Of a stretch of DNA of 64,000 bases, positions 19,968-28,424 are shown in pieces. Both the position numbers and the translations under genes were made by a program. Each line of letters begins with the position of its first letter. Position 1 is the first letter of the stretch. The stretch is from positions 5,536,001 through 5,600,000 of the forward strand of contig CBDETK010000013.1 in assembly GCA_965242865.1 (NCBI GenBank). The letters run 5' to 3'. Below the pieces are notes generated by a model. The model was not told the origin of the DNA and made no database searches. It was given only the letters and a program-made list of their open reading frames with translations. The stretch is from Candidatus Latescibacterota bacterium (GTDB lineage: Bacteria; Latescibacterota; UBA2968; UBA8231).

Positions 19968-22505
19968 ATGGTCCGCCCTCGTCTTCTCCTGCTGCTCCTG
20001 CTGGTTCCGCTGCCCGCGACTGCCCAATACGAAGTGACCATAGAAGGCAAAGCCTACCAACTCGTGCTCGCCCGCGATCTCGTCGCGGCCATCCAACGCG
20101 CCCCGGCCGATACCGTCCTCGAATACAATCGCCTCGTGGTGCAGGGGCCGCTCGACTGGACCGGCCACACCCTGAGCGCGGCCCTCGCCTTTGCGGATGT
20201 GCGCTTTACCGGCCCCGTAGTCTTAGAACGCGCCGTTTTTCTCCAGCCGATGCACTTTGTTCGCGCCCATTTTGAGCAGGGGCTCTCCCTGCTTGAAACC
20301 CGCCTCAACCGCGGGTTTTCTTGCCGCGACTGCCGCATAGAGGGCCAAGCCAATTTCAACCGGACCTTGCTCGCCGATACCGTGGATTTTTCGGCCACCC
20401 AGTTTTCGGCTGCGGCCCTTTTTCAGCAGACCCACTTTGGCGGCGCAACCACCTTTGAACGCGCCAAATTTGAGGGCGCGACCTATTTCGACCGGGCCAC
20501 CTTCGCCCGCGCCGCCCTTTTTCGGGATGCTTCCTTTGCCGACTTGGCTTCCTTCAAAGAAGCGGTGTGGCAATCGACCGCGTCCTTTGCCGGGGCTCGC
20601 TTTGGCGCGGACGCCCTGTTCGCGCAAACCCGCTTTGCCAACCCCGCTGCGTTCGCCTCGGCTTACTTTGGCGGCGCAGTTCACTTCGAGCGCGCTGATT
20701 TCGCGGCTGCGGTCACCTTCCGCCGCGCTGTCTTTGGCGGTCCGGCTCGCTTTGGCGGTGCCCACTTTCGCGCCGCAGCGTTCTTTGGCGACAGCCGCTT
20801 CAAGCGGGCGGCCACCTTTGCTGGCGCGACCTTTGCCCGGCCTTTCCAGCCCAGTGCCGACTTTAGCGTCGCCCCGGACTTAGCCGATGTGACCGCTCCG
20901 CTCATCAAGGTCGCAGTCCGCCCGATTCCACCGCTGGCCCCGGCCGCCCCTAGCTGCGACCCGATTCAGTTGGCCGATGTCACCCAAGCGGCCGGCCTCA
21001 ACTTTGAGCACTACAACGGCTTTTCGGGCGAATACTACTACGTCGAAACCTTTGGCGCCGGGGCGGCGTTCCTCGACGCGGATGGCGATGGCTGGCTCGA
21101 TCTCTATCTGGTCAACGGCGCGCCCCTGAGCGGCGAACGCCCCGACCCAATTCCCGTCAATCGCCTGTACCGCAACACGGGGGCCGGCGGTTTCGCGGAT
21201 GTGACCGCGGGCTCGGGGACCGGGCACCCCGGCTACGGCATGGGCTGCACGGCCGGCGACTACGACGCCGATGGGGACGTGGACCTCTACGCGACCAACG
21301 TTGGCCCCAACCTCTTGCTGCGCAACGAGGGCCATGGGCACTTTGCCGATGTGACCGCGGCGGTCGGCGGGGGCGATGCTCGGTGGGGCACCAGTTGCGG
21401 CTTTCTAGACTACGACCTCGACGGCGATTTGGATCTCTACGCGACGAACTACGTAGAATTTGACCGGCAAAAAAACAGGGTCTGCGCTGAGGGCGGAATC
21501 CGCTCCTATTGCGAGCCAAAATTTTACGAGCCGGTCCGCGATGTGCTCTACCGCAACGAGGGCGGCCAATTCCGCGATGTGGCGTCCGCGGCGGGAATCA
21601 CCCACGAGGGGCGCGGCTTGGGCGTGGCGTTCTCGGATTACGATCTCGACGGCGACACCGACCTGTACGTGGCCAACGACGGCACCATGAATTTCCTCTA
21701 CCAAAACCAAGGAGGGCGCTTTGCCGAGGTCGGCCTCTACGCCGGCGGACGCTACAACGAGGACGGCTTGGCCGAAGCCGGCATGGGGGTAGAGTTTGGG
21801 GATTGGGACAACGACGGCTTCCAAGATATTTTCGTAACCAACTTCGCCCACGAGACCAATACCCTGTACGGCAACGATGGGCAGGGGCAATTCTACGACA
21901 TCACCCAACGCGCCGGCCTAGCCGAGTGCAGCTACAAACCGCTGGGCTTTGGCACCAATTTCCTCGACTACGACAACGACGGCGACCTCGACCTCTTTGT
22001 CGCCAACGGCCACGTCATGGACAAAATCGCTCAGGTCCACCCGGACCACGCTTACCCGCAGCCCAATCAGGTGCTGTGCAACCAGCGGGGAATCCGCTTT
22101 GCCGAGGTCGCTGCTGGGGGCCTTCCCGCGCTCGCGGCCGCAGCCGTAAGCCGCGCTTCGGCCACGGCCGATTACGACAACGACGGCGACCTCGACCTGC
22201 TGGTGACCAATGTCGCTGCTGTCCCCAACCTCCTGCGCAACGACCGAGGCAACCGCCAGCACTATCTGACGATTCACTTGGAAGCTCTCGGAACCCGCGT
22301 CGCGGTGACAGCCGGTGGGCAGTGCCAAGTCAAGGAATACCAGTCGGGCGGTAGCTATCTTGCGAGCAGCGACCCTCGGCTCCACTTTGGCCTAGGAGCG
22401 GCCACCTCGGCCACGGTCCAAATTCACTGGCCCGACGGCACGGTGCAGATCATGGAAAAAGTGGCGGCCAATCAGATCATCTCCATAATTCAATCCAAAC
22501 CCTGA
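19968..22505 (+). CDS. Pentapeptide-repeat domain fused to a CRTAC1-family FG-GAP/ASPIC-UnbV domain, secreted
   Basis: Signal peptide; F..A.F pentapeptide run over about 270 aa; Pro-rich linker; DYDxDG repeats. Confidence 0.85.
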   Translation: MVRPRLLLLLLLVPLPATAQYEVTIEGKAYQLVLARDLVAAIQRAPADTVLEYNRLVVQGPLDWTGHTLSAALAFADVRFTGPVVLERAVFLQPMHFVRAHFEQGLSLLETRLNRGFSCRDCRIEGQANFNRTLLADTVDFSATQFSAAALFQQTHFGGATTFERAKFEGATYFDRATFARAALFRDASFADLASFKEAVWQSTASFAGARFGADALFAQTRFANPAAFASAYFGGAVHFERADFAAAVTFRRAVFGGPARFGGAHFRAAAFFGDSRFKRAATFAGATFARPFQPSADFSVAPDLADVTAPLIKVAVRPIPPLAPAAPSCDPIQLADVTQAAGLNFEHYNGFSGEYYYVETFGAGAAFLDADGDGWLDLYLVNGAPLSGERPDPIPVNRLYRNTGAGGFADVTAGSGTGHPGYGMGCTAGDYDADGDVDLYATNVGPNLLLRNEGHGHFADVTAAVGGGDARWGTSCGFLDYDLDGDLDLYATNYVEFDRQKNRVCAEGGIRSYCEPKFYEPVRDVLYRNEGGQFRDVASAAGITHEGRGLGVAFSDYDLDGDTDLYVANDGTMNFLYQNQGGRFAEVGLYAGGRYNEDGLAEAGMGVEFGDWDNDGFQDIFVTNFAHETNTLYGNDGQGQFYDITQRAGLAECSYKPLGFGTNFLDYDNDGDLDLFVANGHVMDKIAQVHPDHAYPQPNQVLCNQRGIRFAEVAAGGLPALAAAAVSRASATADYDNDGDLDLLVTNVAAVPNLLRNDRGNRQHYLTIHLEALGTRVAVTAGGQCQVKEYQSGGSYLASSDPRLHFGLGAATSATVQIHWPDGTVQIMEKVAANQIISIIQSKP

Positions 22506-22514
22506 TCCAAGGAG

Positions 22515-24494
22515 TTGCCGATGATCACCAACTCCCCCGTACTCGGGCTCTTCGCCGCCCTGCTAATGCTGGGCGCGGCCTGTTCCCCAAGCCCGGATGA
22601 CGACGCCTTAGAAAAGCACCTTCGCCTCACCCGCCAAAACCCCACCGCGCCCCCTGCGTACTACAACTTGGCCGTAGCCTATACGCAAGCCGGTCGCTAC
22701 GACGAAGCCCAGCGCAATTACGCCAAAGCACTCGACCTCGATCCAAACTATGCCCTAGCCCACGATGGCTTGGGGCTTTTGGCGCAACGGCGCGGGGCCT
22801 TAGAAGAGGCCGCGGCCCACTTTCAAAAGGCCCTTGACCTCGACTCCACCTTGGCCTCGACGAGCAATAATCTGGGCAACATCCACTACCAGAAAGACTC
22901 TTTAGAAAAAGCGGTCGCGGCGTATCGAGCGGCCGTGCGCCAAGCACCCGAGCACATTGCGTTCTACATCAATCTCGCCCGCGCTTTACGAGATCGACGC
23001 GAACTGGACCAAGCGGAGGCAGTCTTGTTGCAGGCCGTTGACCGCGACCCATTTTCTCGGGAAGGCCATGCGGCTTTGGGCCATCTGTACGCGGAAAGTT
23101 TTCGCATTGAAGCCGCGATAGCCGCTTACGGCGAGGCTCTCCGCATCGCGCCGAGTGCCGACCTCCACATCCGCTTGGGAGATGTCTATACCCGCGTCAA
23201 AAAACTGGACGAGGCGATCCGCGAGTACGAAAGCGCCTTGGAATTGGATCAAGACAACGCCGAAGCTCGCTACAAGCTGGGGGCGATCTACGCCAGCTAT
23301 CAGCGCGTCCCCGAAGCCGTGGCGTGGGCCGAAAAAGCCGTCGCCCTCGATCCGACCCAGACAGCGGCCCTACAACTCTTGGCGCGGCTATACGCCAACC
23401 AAGGCTCGTACGACCAAGCCGAAAAAGCCCTGCTGCAAGCCATTGAGGCCGCTCCCAACGCGATGGAAGCCCGCAGCGAACTGGGGGCGCTCTACATCCG
23501 CCAAGCCCAGTACCAAAAGGCCGAAGCCATCTTAAAAGAAGCTGTGGCCCTGGATCCGCAGCACGGCGAATCGCGGCGGCAGTTGGGCCTGCTCTATGGC
23601 GACTTGAATCGCCCCGCGGAAGCGGCCCAGATGCTGCGCCAAGTGCTCGAAATCGATCCCATGCACCCGGAAGCTCACTACAACTTAGCCAACGTCTTGC
23701 TCGCGCTGGGCCAAGCGACCGAGGCCGAGCGCCTGCAAAACCGCTTTGAACGCCTCGTGCGCCTCCACAACCACATCGACCAGTTGCAGCAGATGCTAGC
23801 CGCTACCCCGGCCAACGCCGAAGCCCGCTGGCGTCTGGCACGTGCTTACCTCATGCTCCAGCAGTGGGAAAAAGCCGAAGCCCAGTACCGCTTTCTGCTC
23901 TCCAGCGCGCCGACCCATTTGGAGGCGCGTCTCCAGTTAAGCGGCCTCTACGCCCAGCGCGGCAAATTCGCCAGTGCGCTGCGGGTGTGCCAAGAGGCCC
24001 TAGCGCACAGCCCCCCGGACTCGGCCCTCTATAAAATCTACTTCGCGCTCGGTCATCTCTATCACGCCGAGGGCCGCATTGAGGAGGCCGAAGACGCCTT
24101 AGAGCGCACCTTGGCACTCGCGCCTACCCACGCCCAAGCCTATAACAATCTGGGCAACATCTATCTAGCAAAAGACGAGCTCCAACGGGCGGCTACGGCC
24201 TACCAAAAGGCCCTTGAGGTCGCGCCCGATTTTGCCGAAGCCCACTACAACTTGGGCCGCCTCTACGCCCACCAGAACGCGCCGGCCAAGGCTGCACGCC
24301 AGTACCAAGCCGCCCTGCGGACGGATTCTACCTACGCCAGAGCGCATTACGCCCTGGGCGTTCTCTACCAAGAGGCCGCGCAACCCGGCCGCGCCATCCG
24401 CGCGTACGAGCATTTCCTCGCGCAGTGGCGGGGCGACCCGCGCCTCACCCAATCCGCCCAAGCGGCATTGGCGCGGCTTACCGCTTCCGAGTGA
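22515..24494 (+). CDS. Long TPR-repeat lipoprotein
   Basis: Lipobox LGAAC; many TPR units (AYYNLA..Y...G.Y.EA...Y.KAL.LDP). Confidence 0.9.
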   Translation: MPMITNSPVLGLFAALLMLGAACSPSPDDDALEKHLRLTRQNPTAPPAYYNLAVAYTQAGRYDEAQRNYAKALDLDPNYALAHDGLGLLAQRRGALEEAAAHFQKALDLDSTLASTSNNLGNIHYQKDSLEKAVAAYRAAVRQAPEHIAFYINLARALRDRRELDQAEAVLLQAVDRDPFSREGHAALGHLYAESFRIEAAIAAYGEALRIAPSADLHIRLGDVYTRVKKLDEAIREYESALELDQDNAEARYKLGAIYASYQRVPEAVAWAEKAVALDPTQTAALQLLARLYANQGSYDQAEKALLQAIEAAPNAMEARSELGALYIRQAQYQKAEAILKEAVALDPQHGESRRQLGLLYGDLNRPAEAAQMLRQVLEIDPMHPEAHYNLANVLLALGQATEAERLQNRFERLVRLHNHIDQLQQMLAATPANAEARWRLARAYLMLQQWEKAEAQYRFLLSSAPTHLEARLQLSGLYAQRGKFASALRVCQEALAHSPPDSALYKIYFALGHLYHAEGRIEEAEDALERTLALAPTHAQAYNNLGNIYLAKDELQRAATAYQKALEVAPDFAEAHYNLGRLYAHQNAPAKAARQYQAALRTDSTYARAHYALGVLYQEAAQPGRAIRAYEHFLAQWRGDPRLTQSAQAALARLTASE

Positions 24495-24618
24495 GCAGGT
24501 TTTCCGCTTGACCCGTCCCCTTGTATGCCCGAATTTTCGCCCCATGCCCACTTGCGAGCCGGGCCGGACGAGAAAGCGCGGCCTAGCGTTAGCTACCCAA
24601 AAAGAAATGAGGACCGCC

Positions 24619-25389
24619 ATGAAAACAGCCTGCGCCGGTATTTTCCTAGTCGCGCTGCTGGCCACCCAGACCGCAGCGTTTTCGCAAACCGAGTTTCACT
24701 TGCAGTACGGCAACCACAAGAATCCATTCTCGAGAGTCTCCCACGAGACCTTCGTATTTACCGTGCAACAGGCGGCGGCATGGAAATGGGGGGAGAGCTT
24801 CTTCTTTATCGATTACCTCACCGACGATGCCCGCGACGACTTCAACGACCGAGATTTCTATGGCGAGTGGTATCCAACCCTGAGTTTCGGCAAGCTGGCC
24901 AACAGGGAATTGCGCGTCGGCCCCATTCGGGATTTTGCCCTGATTGCCGGGGTCAACCTCGGCGGCGACGCCAATGTCGTGAAGTACCTGCCCGGGTTGC
25001 GGGCCTCTTGGGACCTGCCGGGATTTTTATTCTTGAATACGGACCTGTCGGCCTATATCGACGCCAACACCGGCGTCGCGGCTGGCGGTGCTCCCCAAAC
25101 CGACAACGGCTTCATGGTCGACGTCAGTTGGGCCTTGCCCTTCAAGGTGGGCAATCAGTCGTTGGCCATCGTCGGCCACGCCGAGTACCTCGGTGCCCTC
25201 ACCGACGAATCTGGCAAAACCGTCAAGGGTTCCATGCTCGCTCAGCCGCAGTTCACTTGGGATCTGGGCAAAGCACTCGGCGCCCCCCATCAGCTCATGG
25301 TCGGCATCGAATACCAGTACTGGCTCAACAAGTTGGGAACGGACGAGGACGAGAGCACGGCTCAGTTGCTGCTGGTATGGCGTCTCTGA
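24619..25389 (+). CDS. Tsx-like/DUF5020 nucleoside-specific outer-membrane channel
   Basis: Signal peptide; WKWGESFFFID, FYGEW, AQPQF.WDLG, VGIEYQYW.NKLG; upstream of a nucleobase permease. Confidence 0.75.
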   Translation: MKTACAGIFLVALLATQTAAFSQTEFHLQYGNHKNPFSRVSHETFVFTVQQAAAWKWGESFFFIDYLTDDARDDFNDRDFYGEWYPTLSFGKLANRELRVGPIRDFALIAGVNLGGDANVVKYLPGLRASWDLPGFLFLNTDLSAYIDANTGVAAGGAPQTDNGFMVDVSWALPFKVGNQSLAIVGHAEYLGALTDESGKTVKGSMLAQPQFTWDLGKALGAPHQLMVGIEYQYWLNKLGTDEDESTAQLLLVWRL

Positions 25390-25466
25390 AGTTTTTCCCT
25401 CTTTGTGCTTTTTATGCCTCTTGTGGCCATCTACTTTGAAGTAGGGCTAAGTTTCCCGGGCAATGA

Positions 25467-25584
25467 TATAGCAGTCCTACATCATTCAAGACTGGATTCC
25501 CGCGTTCGCGGGAATGACGCCTCGTAGCAAAAAAGACGGCGTCGATGAACACTCCATGCTTTCAAGTCATTTAGGACGGCTATA
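25467..25584. mobile_element. MITE family A (IS630-type ends), copy 2
   Basis: TA-TAGCAGTCCTACATCATT ... CATTTAGGACGGCTA-TA; contains ctggattcccgcgttcgcgggaatgac. Confidence 0.85.
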
Positions 25585-25613
25585 TACCCCGCAACCTGAT
25601 CGAAAGAGACGAA

Positions 25614-27344
25614 ATGGCGAGAGCAAACGAAAACATTCGCTACGAGCCGGACGAGCGCCCCCCCCACTCGGTCGCCGCTGGCGTCGGCTTTCAGGCTGCG
25701 GTGGTCATCATCGCGCCGGTGGTGCTCAGCGCGGTCATTATTGGTCGGGCGGCCAATCAGCCGGAGAGCTACCTGACGTGGATCGCCTTCGCGGCCCTGC
25801 TGGTCAGTGGAACGAGCACGATTCTACAAGCGGCCCGGCTCGGGCGGGTCGGGGCCGGGCACGTGCTCATTATGGGCACCTCTGGAGCCTTCATCGCGGT
25901 CTGCATCACGGCCTTGGTGAAGGGCGGACCGTCCCTGATGGCGAGCCTGATCGTGGTGTCGTCGCTGTTTCAGTTTGCGCTGGCCGCCCGGCTTTCACTG
26001 CTGCGCCGGATTATCACGCCGGTGGTCGCCGGCACGGTGATCATGCTCATCGCCGTCACGGTCATGCCGATCGTGTTCGACTTGCTGGAGGACGTGCCCG
26101 AAGACCTGTCGTCGGCCGCGGCGCCGGCCACGGCCGGGGCGACGCTCGCGACGCTTGTGGCGTTGGCCCTGTGCGCTCCGGTGAGTTGGCGATTATGGGC
26201 ACCGCTCATCAGCATCGTGGTGGGCTGCGCGGTGGCCGCCCCGTTTGGCCTGTACGACATTCAGCCCGTACTCGAAGCGTCTTGGATCGGTTTTCCCGCT
26301 AACGAGTGGCCGGGGTTGGACCTGAATTTTAGCGCGGAGTTCTGGGCGTTGCTGCCAGCGTTTGTGGTCGTCACCATGGTTGGCGCGATCGAGACCATTG
26401 GCGACGGCGTCGCCATTCAGCGGGTCTCACGGCGTCGGCCGCGGGCCACTGATTTTCGCCTAGTCCAAGGCGCACTCAACGCCGATGGCATGGGCAACCT
26501 GTTGTCCGGGCTGATCGGGACGCCCCCCAATACGACTTACTCTAGCAGTATATCGCTCGCCGAACTCACCGGGGTCGCCGCGCGCCGCGTCGGGGTGTAC
26601 GTCGGGGCCATCTTTGTGGTGCTGGCCTTATCGCCCAAGGTGACGGCCCTCCTGATCGCCATTCCCAATCCCGTCGGGGCGGCTTATGTCACCCTGCTAA
26701 TAGGTCTGCTTTTCGTGCAAGGGATGAAATTGATCGTTGAGGACGGTCTCAATCACCGCAAGGCCACGGTGGTGGGGCTGTCGTTCTGGCTCGGCGTAGG
26801 CTTTCAGAATCAGGTGATTTTCGCCGACTTGCTGAGCGGGACGTGGGGCACTCTGCTCGGCAACGGCATGACCGCTGGCTGTCTTACGGCGATTGTGTTG
26901 ACCGCATTCATGGAGCTAATGGCTGCGCGTCGCCGACGCCTAGAGGTCGAGTTAGCCAGCACCTCCATGCCCAAAATCGACGAATTCCTCCGCGCCTTTG
27001 CCGCGAAAGTCGGCTGGGACGATGCGGCGACTGAGCGGCTGCGCGCCACCGGCGAAGAGACCTTGGCGATTCTGACCCAACAAGCGGGAGACGATGCGGC
27101 CGCGCACGGCCGGCACTTGATCCTCACCGCACGGCCGGCCGAAGGGTCGGTGGAGTTGGAGTTTTTGGCCGCGGTCGCCGGAGAAAATCTCGAAGATCGG
27201 CTGGCGTTCCTGAGCGAACAGCCCGAGATACTAGACGAAAGCGAGGTTTCGTTTCGCCTGTTGCGGCACTACGCCTCTTCGGTGCGGCACCAGAAATACC
27301 ACGACCTAGACATCATTGCGGTGCAGGTCGAGCGCGCGCCTTAA
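25614..27344 (+). CDS. NCS2 (xanthine/uracil permease) family transporter with an extra C-terminal soluble domain
   Basis: YEPDERPP, MGTSGAF, ITPVVAGTVI, IETIGD, GALNADG, TTYS. Confidence 0.85.
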   Translation: MARANENIRYEPDERPPHSVAAGVGFQAAVVIIAPVVLSAVIIGRAANQPESYLTWIAFAALLVSGTSTILQAARLGRVGAGHVLIMGTSGAFIAVCITALVKGGPSLMASLIVVSSLFQFALAARLSLLRRIITPVVAGTVIMLIAVTVMPIVFDLLEDVPEDLSSAAAPATAGATLATLVALALCAPVSWRLWAPLISIVVGCAVAAPFGLYDIQPVLEASWIGFPANEWPGLDLNFSAEFWALLPAFVVVTMVGAIETIGDGVAIQRVSRRRPRATDFRLVQGALNADGMGNLLSGLIGTPPNTTYSSSISLAELTGVAARRVGVYVGAIFVVLALSPKVTALLIAIPNPVGAAYVTLLIGLLFVQGMKLIVEDGLNHRKATVVGLSFWLGVGFQNQVIFADLLSGTWGTLLGNGMTAGCLTAIVLTAFMELMAARRRRLEVELASTSMPKIDEFLRAFAAKVGWDDAATERLRATGEETLAILTQQAGDDAAAHGRHLILTARPAEGSVELEFLAAVAGENLEDRLAFLSEQPEILDESEVSFRLLRHYASSVRHQKYHDLDIIAVQVERAP

Positions 27345-27508
27345 GAAGCGGTCTGCAAACTCTGGTGGACTACTTCTTGAAGTCCGTCGCGCTGTTTTTT
27401 CTTTTAGTGTTTACCTTCGGACTACTGCACTGGCAGTCTCAGTACTTTGTTGACACTCTCGAAATTTTAGCCAGATATTCCCAATGGTACAAACCGGAGG
27501 CGATTGCT

Positions 27509-27787
27509 ATGTCCGATCTGAGTGACCGTGTAGGTCGTATAGAGGGGGAACTCAATCATCTAGCGACAAAATCGGATTTGGTCCAGGTGGAGGCCGAGGT
27601 GAAGGCTGAGTTGGCCGAGGTGAAGGCTGAGTTGGCCGAGGTGAAGACTGAGTTGCTTGTGCAAATAGCTTCAATCGAAGGGCAACTGAGTATCTTGATT
27701 TGGGCGATCCCTATCGCTGTTGCTATTGTTTCTTTACTTATGCAGTGGGCCGCTCCCTATCTGTTTCAGCGTAAGAGCCAGACATAA
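27509..27787 (+). CDS. Small coiled-coil protein with C-terminal TM anchor (DUF1640/CCDC90-like)
   Basis: GGAGG RBS; LATKSDL motif; heptad repeats; hydrophobic tail. Confidence 0.7.
   Translation: MSDLSDRVGRIEGELNHLATKSDLVQVEAEVKAELAEVKAELAEVKTELLVQIASIEGQLSILIWAIPIAVAIVSLLMQWAAPYLFQRKSQT
27593..27655 (+). repeat. 3 x 21-bp tandem repeat encoding AEVKAEL heptads
   Basis: gccgaggtgaaggctgagttg x3 (one mismatch). Confidence 0.9.
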
Positions 27788-27906
27788 GGACAAGGCGGTT
27801 GACGTAATGAACGAGACGATGGTTAAGCATTTCACATCAGGCAGGGGTCTTGCTGTGGGGCAAAACCCTGTTGGGTGCTTGGAATCGTCGTCAAATTTAA
27901 TGTGTC

Positions 27907-27948
27907 GTAAGTCCTTGAAAAACAACGACTTACCCCCCCCCCCCCCCC
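27907..27948. repeat. Imperfect palindrome GTAAGTC-cTTG...CAAc-GACTTAC followed by a C16 homopolymer
   Basis: Directly visible; C run at 27933-27948. Confidence 0.85.
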
Positions 27949-27960
27949 GAAAATTCTCCG

Positions 27961-28206
27961 CTAGCACCAAGCACTAAACGCTCTACTTTTCTGCATCGGC
28001 CGACGGATCGTGCGCGGCTGTTGGGCGTCGCGTCGGTCTGGCCGCACGATCCCAAGCGCACGCGACCGTGCGGCCTTTATGATCTAGCACTAAGCACCAC
28101 ACTCTCCACTTCTCAGCATCGGCCGACGGATCGTGTGCGGCCATTGGGCGTCGCGTCGATCTGGCCGCACGATCCCAAGCGCACGCGACCGTGCGGCCTT
28201 TATGCT
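27961..28206. repeat. Two tandem 123-bp direct repeats with internal stems
   Basis: 27961-28083 and 28084-28206 align with few mismatches. Confidence 0.9.
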
Positions 28207-28424
28207 GATCCACGTTTACTGCACGACCCCCGCAACCCGTCTGCCAAAAACCGAGGGCGGAATCTCCTCGCCCCGGACGCCGCCAGAACACTAGCAAAGA
28301 CGCACCCAAAGCAAGGGGCGCGTACTGAGTGCTCCAAGCATAGCCCTAGGGCTAACTCCGCCTCTTTGGGTGCGTCATGCCTCTCTTCCAATCTCCACAC
28401 CATATCCATACAAAGGAGCGAAAA

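Noticed and set aside
24500-24610. Possible purine/xanthine riboswitch upstream of the Tsx-like gene
   Set aside because: No recognisable consensus; would need an Rfam search.
27365-27508. Upstream extension of the coiled-coil ORF
   Set aside because: A good RBS and ATG sit at 27509; the upstream part contains a TTGACA promoter-like element.
27961-28206. Possible CRISPR array
   Set aside because: Two long units, no unique spacers, no cas genes.
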